A DNA stretch of 64,000 bases from an uncultured virus (IMG/VR IMGVR_UViG_3300042908_000623) (taxonomy: Duplodnaviria; Heunggongvirae; Uroviricota; Caudoviricetes), in IMG/VR virus record IMGVR_UViG_3300042908_000623; one strand, written 5' to 3'. Positions 8,968 through 15,430 of this stretch are shown here, piece after piece. Each line of letters begins with the position of its first letter. Within the stretch, counting starts at the first letter, position 1. A program made the position numbers and the translations under genes. A model generated the notes under the pieces. That model had not been told where the DNA came from, ran no database searches, and saw only the letters and a list, made by a program, of their open reading frames with translations.

Positions 8968-9843
8968 TCAGACTGCTTTGGCCTGACGTGGTGATTGGCA
9001 AGCGCATTTAGCCGCAAGCCCCTGATCGTTGACGACGTACCCAGCATCACACTTGCCGCAAGTGGTGACAGGCTTAGTCGCTTTCTTTGGTGACTGCTTC
9101 ACGAACTCGGGGAAGAGATCCATGAACGCAAAGTGGTTGTTCGCTTTCATCGGGTATGCTCTTTTGAGCCATGACGGAAACTCTCGTACATGCGAGGCAT
9201 TCGCATTCAGTCGTTTGACAAGTTCACGCATGTCTTTCAGCTTTCCCCACTGATTGAACATACCTGGGTAGGCTTCGTCGAATGCGTCGCCTAAGCTGTC
9301 AATGTCTGCACTCTCGACTACGTGAAGAGGTCTCGGCGCGCGCGCCGGTTCCGTGGTTTCTGTCGTACTCTCTGCCGTACTCTCTGATGTAGTCTCTGTA
9401 GTACTCTTTGCTAATAAGAATGTATGCCCCTTTCGGGCGTTCTTGTATGCCCCTTTTGGGCTTTCCAGTATGCCCCTTTTGGGCATACTGGATTGCTCCT
9501 TTTGGGCATACTGGTCTGCCGCTAAAAGGCATTCTAGGATGTCCATATCAACCCGATAAAAGAGCTTTGCCGGTACGCCTCGAAGCTGCTCAGACCATAA
9601 TGGCTGGTTCTCAAAAGTGATATCACGCAACCTTCGACGAGCAGATTCCTGTTCTTTTCGACTCAACATAGTTTCCTCAAACCACTCGTCCTGAGTCTTC
9701 CAGAACCATCCATCCGGATCTGAGGTCTTGCCAGTCCAGTAGACAGCCTGACTTAACATCAAGCCAGAAGTGACTGATCCTGACAGCTCAGCAAGGCATC
9801 GATGAAACCCAACAGAACGTCCAAGAATCTTGGTCAGATTCAT
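8968..9843 (-). CDS. Replication initiator (lambda O-like position, N-terminal wHTH)
   Basis: LMLSQAVYW..DGWFWKT..EW..ET.LSRKEQ..ARRRL; internal iterons; lies upstream of dnaB. Confidence 0.8.
   Translation of the reverse strand: MNLTKILGRSVGFHRCLAELSGSVTSGLMLSQAVYWTGKTSDPDGWFWKTQDEWFEETMLSRKEQESARRRLRDITFENQPLWSEQLRGVPAKLFYRVDMDILECLLAADQYAQKEQSSMPKRGILESPKGAYKNARKGHTFLLAKSTTETTSESTAESTTETTEPARAPRPLHVVESADIDSLGDAFDEAYPGMFNQWGKLKDMRELVKRLNANASHVREFPSWLKRAYPMKANNHFAFMDLFPEFVKQSPKKATKPVTTCGKCDAGYVVNDQGLAAKCACQSPRQAKAV
9422..9507. repeat. Four iterons with 23-bp period (putative origin of unit A)
   Basis: GTATGCCCCTTTYGGGC at 9422, 9445, 9468 and a variant at 9491, inside the initiator gene. 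Confidence 0.8.
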
Positions 9844-10193
9844 TTCTCATCCTCCTCGAATCCATATCCCGAGCCTGTGCCGTCATTGCGAGCCAGAACT
9901 CCACGCAACGCATTAACACTCGCGCGCGCCACTCGATCACGCTCTTCCAGTGCGCGACCAAGCGCATTAGGGTGAAAGTACGCCTCCGGCATCAAGCCAT
10001 CTTTGGGCAGGTGGCCTAAGCGACCAGACTTCACCGCACCGTTTAACTCGGTGCGTACTGCGCGAGAGATTCTCGCTTCGATGATCCGCACACCCATTAT
10101 GCGGACTATTTCGACGTTTGCTTGGTTGGCCTGAATCTGGCCGATGCTCATCAGGTATCGCACCTGGTCGAAAGCTGCTTGCTGTCCAGTCAT
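9840..10193 (-). CDS. Hypothetical protein between leader RNA and initiator
   Basis: GGAG RBS before ATG 10193; ATGA overlap with the initiator; absent in unit B. Confidence 0.65.
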   Translation of the reverse strand: MTGQQAAFDQVRYLMSIGQIQANQANVEIVRIMGVRIIEARISRAVRTELNGAVKSGRLGHLPKDGLMPEAYFHPNALGRALEERDRVARASVNALRGVLARNDGTGSGYGFEEDEK

Positions 10194-10374
10194 AGTGATC
10201 TCCAAACGCAAAAGCCCTCTGAGAAGAGCGGGCAGGTAAACGTAGAAAGATTTTAGGATTGACGGCCCTAAAACCCTGACCCGCCTTCTCAGAAGGCTTT
10301 CGATAATATGAGTTGTACTGGCACTTACTTTCTACGTTTCGGCCTGCTACTACTGAGCGTCACCCCAGCGGCCA
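10194..10374 (-). ncRNA. Structured cis-regulatory leader of the replication operon (unit A)
   Basis: 5' hairpin, long stem 10211-10300 ending in a U-rich tract, complementary segments that covary with 59102-59266. Confidence 0.75.
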
Positions 10375-10379
10375 GATAC

Positions 10380-10388
10380 ATTATACCA
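10380..10388 (-). promoter_or_regulatory. Extended -10 promoter (TGn-TATAAT)
   Basis: TGGTATAAT; equivalent TGCTATAAT at 59272-59280. Confidence 0.7.
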
Positions 10389-10397
10389 CACTAGCAA

Positions 10398-10482
10398 TGC
10401 AGGCGGCTGGCTTCGAACCAGCGTTTGTCAGAGATGATTGCGCGCTTCCTCTGACCGTCGTGACCAGTTAGACCACGCCCAC
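10398..10482 (-). ncRNA. tRNA-like element with non-canonical anticodon arm
   Basis: Acceptor GTGGGCG/CGCCTGC-A, D arm GTCTAACTGGTCACGAC, T arm GCTGG-TTCGAAG-CCAGC; anticodon arm replaced by a 7-bp stem with a 15-nt loop. Confidence 0.7.
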
Positions 10483-10600
10483 AAAAAAGTGGGAGTCGCG
10501 GGCACTCCCTCAGTAACCAGCTATTGGAGAAAATAACATGAACCGGTGTCGATGCCCCGTGGCTTCAGATCGCGTGATCTCTGGCTACGACTGCCAGTAA
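10483..10600 (-). ncRNA. Candidate small RNA with anti-RBS/anti-AUG seed and terminator
   Basis: Minus strand reads TTCATGTTATTTTCTCCAAT, then hairpin GGGAGT/ACTCCC plus T6; same design at 59280-59358. Confidence 0.55.
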
Positions 10601-10668
10601 GGGGATGGGCGGGAATCGAACCCGTGCGCGTCAGATCGGGCCAGACCTTTGCGCCACCTATCCATCCC
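10601..10668 (-). ncRNA. tRNA-like domain (acceptor stem plus T arm)
   Basis: GGGATGG/CCATCCC acceptor; CGGG-TTCGATT-CCCG T arm. Confidence 0.6.
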
Positions 10669-11035
10669 AGATGCCGGTCAATCTCTGCCACTGACCGGCT
10701 ATTTGCTCGACGTAGGATCGCTACGATTTGGTGCTGATTTCCAGATCGGGCCTTGACAGTAGTTGCGTTCGATGCCCCAGCGTCGAATCTATTCTATCAA
10801 GACCTTCCTTGCACAAAGAACAACGAGCAAAACTTCAAAAAAACGCAGCGGGGAAGGGCCGTCAATGCGATAGCGACCCATCCCCACATTCCGCCGACAG
10901 GAGTGGCAGCGGAAACCCGTAATAACTTGGTAGGAGGTGGAGAGCGTAGGAAGTATCTCTCCACCTGACCCGGAGCCATACCGGGTAATCGGTGGCAAGC
11001 GATCGTTAGATCGCGCCTGCGGGTGATCAGTCCAC

Positions 11036-11281
11036 CTACACCTGGTCGATAGTCAGATCTGACACCAGATCTGGTATCGACGATATTCTTGCAGGCCTGC
11101 CGCGCTTGAGTAGTGGCGTCTGCTCGACCTCTGCTCTACTGACGGCGCGATAGCTACCAGTCACAGTAGACAGAGAGTAGGGAGTGAGACGGCCAGAGCG
11201 CAACCAGTGATAGATAGTGCTGATTGCGACGCCTTTTGCGGTAGCGGCCTGTCGGATTGTCAAAAGATCAATTTCGTTCAC
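11036..11281 (-). CDS. Excisionase-like HTH regulator, probably leaderless
   Basis: LLTIRQAA..KGV..STIYHWLRSGRL motif; GTG lies 7 nt after a TTGACA-17-GAATGT promoter. Confidence 0.8.
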   Translation of the reverse strand: MNEIDLLTIRQAATAKGVAISTIYHWLRSGRLTPYSLSTVTGSYRAVSRAEVEQTPLLKRGRPARISSIPDLVSDLTIDQV

Positions 11282-11362
11282 GGAGAGAACATTCGAACGA
11301 ACGCGCCCCTTTGTCAAGAATAAAAGTAAACGAATTTTAATAATTTATTTGCAAAATAACTG

Positions 11363-11392
11363 TTGACAATAATCCACGGTCTCCGGTATAGT
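11363..11392 (+). promoter_or_regulatory. Sigma70-type early promoter
   Basis: TTGACA-18-TATAGT with AT-rich upstream region. Confidence 0.8.
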
Positions 11393-11453
11393 GCATTCAT
11401 CGACGGGGGCAATGAGGCTCTCAGAGATGACAACGTAGCTAACAGGAGAAACG

Positions 11454-11723
11454 ATGATGAACTCGAACGAAGCGCATAAGATTTACGATGACCTTAATGA
11501 TAACGGTTACGGATTCGGACTGACGGACAGCGAGAACGCGCTCGTCCACGATGAGATCGCGCAGTCCGGCCTGACCGTGGTGGCCGACCACGGCGACGAG
11601 TTGACCGAGTGCCGCGACATCAAGGGTCACATCCTGCTCGTAGCCGGCGATGGCCGCAAGCGCGGCGCGTGGGCTGTCGATGTGACCCATCCTGATGCTG
11701 GGCGGTTTTTTCGTCGCGCCTAA
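11454..11723 (+). CDS. Acidic hypothetical early protein
   Basis: CAGGAG RBS; first gene after the promoter. Confidence 0.7.
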   Translation: MMNSNEAHKIYDDLNDNGYGFGLTDSENALVHDEIAQSGLTVVADHGDELTECRDIKGHILLVAGDGRKRGAWAVDVTHPDAGRFFRRA

Positions 11724-11782
11724 CAGCATTTACACAATCAGCGGATTGTCCTGCGACAGGCCGCATAGCAACAGGAGAAACA

Positions 11783-11980
11783 ATGCGTAAAATGAACAGC
11801 AAGCGAGATGTCAGAAACTGGGTTGACGGATGCTTTCAAAATGAAGTCACACCGGCGACCTTCGAAGCCGCTGTCGATCTCGTCGTGGACACGGCTTACG
11901 ATATGGGGATTGAGTACGGCGACGACTGGTCGCCAGCACTCGAAAGTCTCACTATCGAGGATCTCGAAGACGCAGCCTAA
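11783..11980 (+). CDS. Small acidic early protein
   Basis: Upstream hairpin plus CAGGAG RBS. Confidence 0.7.
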   Translation: MRKMNSKRDVRNWVDGCFQNEVTPATFEAAVDLVVDTAYDMGIEYGDDWSPALESLTIEDLEDAA

Positions 11981-12034
11981 CCATTCACCACAACCAGCGG
12001 CTCGTGATCGGGCCGCGCAACCACAGGAGAAAAC

Positions 12035-12490
12035 ATGAAAACTATTACCACTACGCTCAGCCTCACCGCTTACGTCACCCGTCTTGAGTTTTGGGATCTG
12101 TTTCGCGATACCACGCGCCCGACGGCCGAAGAAAGCAATCAGCCTGCACTGCTCACATATAATGAGATCATGGAGTACATCTACCGTCGCAGGCTGTGCG
12201 GGATTGATTGCGGGTTGCCCAGTCTCGGTCAGCTGAAGGCGGGTGACGCTGTCACCACCGTCTCTGAGTGGACTCGAGGGACGCGATATTTCACTTGTGG
12301 GTTTTCCGGATGCAATCTGTACGTTGCCGATGTGCGCAATCCTGATGGATCGCTTGAGCCTCTTCGCACTGACAATTATCGAGCGGCTTTTCGGTTGGTT
12401 GTCAGTAAGTCGGTTGGCTGGGGTGAAACCCTCCATAAAGAGAACGAATATCGCGCAAGTTATCAGGCTGATCGGGATCGCAGGAGGTAG
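12035..12490 (+). CDS. Hypothetical early protein
   Basis: Upstream hairpin plus CAGGAG RBS. Confidence 0.7.
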   Translation: MKTITTTLSLTAYVTRLEFWDLFRDTTRPTAEESNQPALLTYNEIMEYIYRRRLCGIDCGLPSLGQLKAGDAVTTVSEWTRGTRYFTCGFSGCNLYVADVRNPDGSLEPLRTDNYRAAFRLVVSKSVGWGETLHKENEYRASYQADRDRRR

Positions 12491-12492
12491 TC

Positions 12493-13158
12493 ATGACGAG
12501 AGACACCCTCATTACCGCACTGAGCCACTTGCACTATGAGTCCGGCTTTACGCCGGACTCTGTTCCGCAGGATATGCCGGAGAACGGCATACTGCGGAAA
12601 AAGAAAGGCGGCATCGTCGTACAGGGTGACGCCCTGTACTGGCATTACGATGGCCGCTTGCGTACAGCCGTCATCCGCCAGGATGGCTGGCTGGAGTACC
12701 GCGAGTATTTCGCGACTGCTCATTGGCACGCCTGCAGCCACTGGCGCGCGCTCTACCGTGGATGGGAGCGCGGGGACGACTCGGACTTCGAGCGCACGCG
12801 CTTTGCGTCCATACAGGACGAGGCGCGCACGTCAGGACTCCGTCACTATCTCCAGACTGACGGCAATCTGCGAGTCGAGCTGGATACATCGTGGCCGCAT
12901 CTGGCCATTGTTTGGTCGTCGCGGGAGCAAGACCTCCCGCAGTGGATCTCAGCCGGACGCGAGCCGGGAGGTACTGAGCGTCGGATATTCGGCGCAGACG
13001 TGCAGCGATCTGACCACAAAGGCCGGTACTTTGAGCTGGTCGTCCGCATCCCTGAGCCAGACGATAGCGCGTCGTCAGGACTCGTCGATCGGATGCACGG
13101 TCGCGCAATCGTGCGCCCGTGGCGTGGCTGGGAGATGCCATTGGAGCTAACGAAATGA
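12493..13158 (+). CDS. Hypothetical early protein
   Basis: AGGAGG RBS; SHWRALY..GDD..FE motif shared with 60894-61544. Confidence 0.7.
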   Translation: MTRDTLITALSHLHYESGFTPDSVPQDMPENGILRKKKGGIVVQGDALYWHYDGRLRTAVIRQDGWLEYREYFATAHWHACSHWRALYRGWERGDDSDFERTRFASIQDEARTSGLRHYLQTDGNLRVELDTSWPHLAIVWSSREQDLPQWISAGREPGGTERRIFGADVQRSDHKGRYFELVVRIPEPDDSASSGLVDRMHGRAIVRPWRGWEMPLELTK

Positions 13159-13364
13159 ACGACGCCATCTGCCAGAGGTGCGGTGACGATCACCTCGGCG
13201 ACTATCCGGTATGCGCGCTATGCGCCCCGGTAACGCACTTTACGCACCGGCAATCACTCGGTCGCCGGTGCATTCATTGCGACCTATTGCGAGAGCGGGA
13301 GACCAGCCAGCTTCGCAAGCCGCAACCCACGGACACGCCCCGATCAGGGGCGATTGACATTTAG
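13155..13364 (+). CDS. Small Cys-rich (zinc-binding) protein
   Basis: Three CxxC motifs; overlaps the upstream stop. Confidence 0.5.
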   Translation: MNDAICQRCGDDHLGDYPVCALCAPVTHFTHRQSLGRRCIHCDLLRERETSQLRKPQPTDTPRSGAIDI

Positions 13365-13371
13365 GAGCAAC

Positions 13372-13947
13372 GTGAAAGCGAAAATTCAAAACAGACTGCG
13401 CCCGATGTCGCTGTCGTCGAGCGTGTCGGCGACTCCGACACAGCTGAAGAAGCGCAATGACCGCGCGCTAGATGCGCGTCTAGCGGCGAGAGAAGCCGCA
13501 GCCAGCACGGCTCAGCGCGTGGTGCGCGCCGCTGATGGATGGCGCATAGAGCAGGGGGGGCAGTTCCCGCGACGCTCTCCAGAGTGCTGGGAGACGCGCA
13601 CAGAGGCGGTCGCTGCTATCACCGCTGGGTATTTATTCGAGCCTATCGCTATCGTCGAGGTGTGGCCGCGCATCGACGACGTCAATTACGACGTGCGATC
13701 CGTCGGGACGTGTACGCTGTGCCTGGTGCGCGGTTTGACGGACGTGCCAGCTACTCAGCGCGTGTACATTCGCTTCTCGGCGACGACGCGCGGCTCGATC
13801 GACGTGTGCTCACGGACAGCTCACGAGCTGGCCGTTGAGATCGGCAAGCACATCACGCCACAATCAGATGGCGTGCGCAGCTGGAGAGATCTAAGAGATC
13901 TAGTGGAAGACGAAAAATTAGTAAACGACTTGCAAAATAACTATTGA
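13372..13947 (+). CDS. Hypothetical protein
   Basis: AGGAG RBS before GTG. Confidence 0.6.
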   Translation: MKAKIQNRLRPMSLSSSVSATPTQLKKRNDRALDARLAAREAAASTAQRVVRAADGWRIEQGGQFPRRSPECWETRTEAVAAITAGYLFEPIAIVEVWPRIDDVNYDVRSVGTCTLCLVRGLTDVPATQRVYIRFSATTRGSIDVCSRTAHELAVEIGKHITPQSDGVRSWRDLRDLVEDEKLVNDLQNNY

Positions 13948-13972
13948 CAATAACTATTACTCGCGGTATAGT
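13944..13972 (+). promoter_or_regulatory. Second early promoter, duplicate of 11363
   Basis: TTGACA-17-TATAGT; shares upstream TTGCAAAATAACT and downstream CATCGACGGGGGC. Confidence 0.8.
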
Positions 13973-14034
13973 CCAAACATCGACGGGGGCAGTGAGGCTT
14001 CCGAAGACGCAAACGCAGCTAACAGGAGGCGACA

Positions 14035-14307
14035 ATGAGAGTCAAAATGCATCACCAGATTCTAGCTATCAAGAGCAACGGCTGTATGACAACTGACGAG
14101 TGGCTTGCAGCTGGTAGACCCCATTGGAAAATCTACACGGTGGATACTCGCGGACAACGGGGCTATCTCGATGTTCGACCCGTACCTTGCAATCGGATCT
14201 TGCGCACACGTCGCATTATTCCTTACAGTGCGGTCTCTATTGGCCTGATTCGCGGCAGTGTACACGAGACACTGAATATTGTCGCGGTCGATAAGGCAGC
14301 CCGATGA
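14035..14307 (+). CDS. Hypothetical protein
   Basis: CAGGAGG RBS. Confidence 0.6.
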   Translation: MRVKMHHQILAIKSNGCMTTDEWLAAGRPHWKIYTVDTRGQRGYLDVRPVPCNRILRTRRIIPYSAVSIGLIRGSVHETLNIVAVDKAAR

Positions 14308-14465
14308 CCTGCATTGACCCACGATGCGAAAACGGAGTCATCGTCACTGGGCCGTATATGGCCAGCGATGGCTCTCCTGAGTGGCACGGTGTCCCGTGCG
14401 GACTCTGCATGATACCAATCGTCACTGACGCCGATGCTGAGGGTGACGAGACTATCCCTTTCTAA
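14304..14465 (+). CDS. 53-aa zinc-binding peptide with SSB-like acidic tail (..GDETIPF)
   Basis: Manual translation; paralogue 61788-62003 ends DDENIPF. Confidence 0.65.
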   Translation: MTCIDPRCENGVIVTGPYMASDGSPEWHGVPCGLCMIPIVTDADAEGDETIPF

Positions 14466-14502
14466 CGCAGCTATCAGGGGCTACGGCCCCACAAGGAGAA
14501 AC

Positions 14503-15210
14503 ATGACCAGAATCCTCAACCTCACCCAGCACAGCCCCACACCGGAGCAGATCGCCGCCGGAGTTGTTTCGGGCGAAATCAGCGATGCCCAACAGACAGA
14601 GGTTCGCGCACTACTGACTTTTGATACGCTTCCCACGCCCGTTGAGGTGCGCCATCGCGCCGAGCGGCTGGCGGAGATCGCCGCCTCCGCCTTTACAATC
14701 GTCGACTACGGCGGAGACTCTGGTCTCTGCGCTAACGAGTTGTTCAAATACGCCATGATTGGCGGCGCGCCGTACCTGATGGCCCCGCTTGAGGTGGCAC
14801 TCCGTGCGCGTGGCATCACGCCTGTGTACGCTTTTTCTGTGCGCGAGTCCGTCGACCAGGTGCAGCCGGACGGCAGCGTCCGCAAAGTGGCCGTGTTCCG
14901 GCACGCTGGGTTTGTCGGCTGCGAGATCGACGAGCCCGAGACGATCGAGGTGATGCCGGCCAACAAAGAGGCGGAGCTTTACCTTTTCGTTGCTACTGAG
15001 TGCAACGAAGAGTGGAAGAAGTTACACGCGACCACGGCTGAGAGCGTCACCGCGCTTTTCGAGAAGATGAAAGCGTCTGATGATGGATACAATCTCGAGC
15101 TGTCCGCCGACAGAAAGGTCGGCAGCTGGTCGGCTGAGGGATACCTCAGCATCGGCAAAACCGCCGAAATCAAGGCCGTTCAGTATTTTGGCGTAGTCTA
15201 TCAGTTCTAA
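14503..15210 (+). CDS. Csx20-like protein (putative cyclic-oligoadenylate ring nuclease) with C-terminal extension
   Basis: NLTQHSPTPEQ, AMIGG, GITPVYAFSVRESV..DGSVRKVAVFRHAGF resemble the Csx20 pattern as recalled (H.LT.EQ, LIQG, PVYSTT.R..E..DG..K...F.H..F). Confidence 0.55.
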   Translation: MTRILNLTQHSPTPEQIAAGVVSGEISDAQQTEVRALLTFDTLPTPVEVRHRAERLAEIAASAFTIVDYGGDSGLCANELFKYAMIGGAPYLMAPLEVALRARGITPVYAFSVRESVDQVQPDGSVRKVAVFRHAGFVGCEIDEPETIEVMPANKEAELYLFVATECNEEWKKLHATTAESVTALFEKMKASDDGYNLELSADRKVGSWSAEGYLSIGKTAEIKAVQYFGVVYQF

Positions 15211-15216
15211 ATTTTC

Positions 15217-15250
15217 GAGCCACTTCGATTTATTCGGAGTGGCTTTTCTT
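15217..15250 (+). terminator. Intrinsic terminator
   Basis: AGCCACTTCG/CGGAGTGGCT stem plus TTTCTT; conserved at 62502-62536. Confidence 0.7.
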
Positions 15251-15270
15251 GCGTGGAGGAGGCATCAGCA

Positions 15271-15423
15271 ATGACAGACGACGACATCCGCAACGACGAC
15301 TACGATCTCGATCGTGATTATCCCGAGGATGAGCACGACGAACGCGCCCCGGACGACGTTATCCGGCGCGACAATGCAGACGTAATCAACGACTGGCTGC
15401 GACGCAGCCGCAGCACCTGGTAG
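15271..15423 (+). CDS. 50-aa highly acidic protein
   Basis: GGAGG RBS; MTDDDIRNDDYDLDRDYPED...; near-identical to 62548-62715. Confidence 0.7.
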   Translation: MTDDDIRNDDYDLDRDYPEDEHDERAPDDVIRRDNADVINDWLRRSRSTW

Positions 15424-15430
15424 GAGGACT

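Noticed and set aside
10325..10360. Hammerhead ribozyme (GGCCGAAAC on the minus strand)
   Set aside because: No CUGANGA core, and GAAAC is not in the equivalent position in unit B.
10398..10668. Functional tRNA or tmRNA genes
   Set aside because: No 7-nt anticodon loop, no CCA end and no tag reading frame; kept as tRNA-like ncRNA.
10538..10998. Short ORFs in the control region (also 59088-59692)
   Set aside because: Not conserved between A and B, whereas the RNA structures are.
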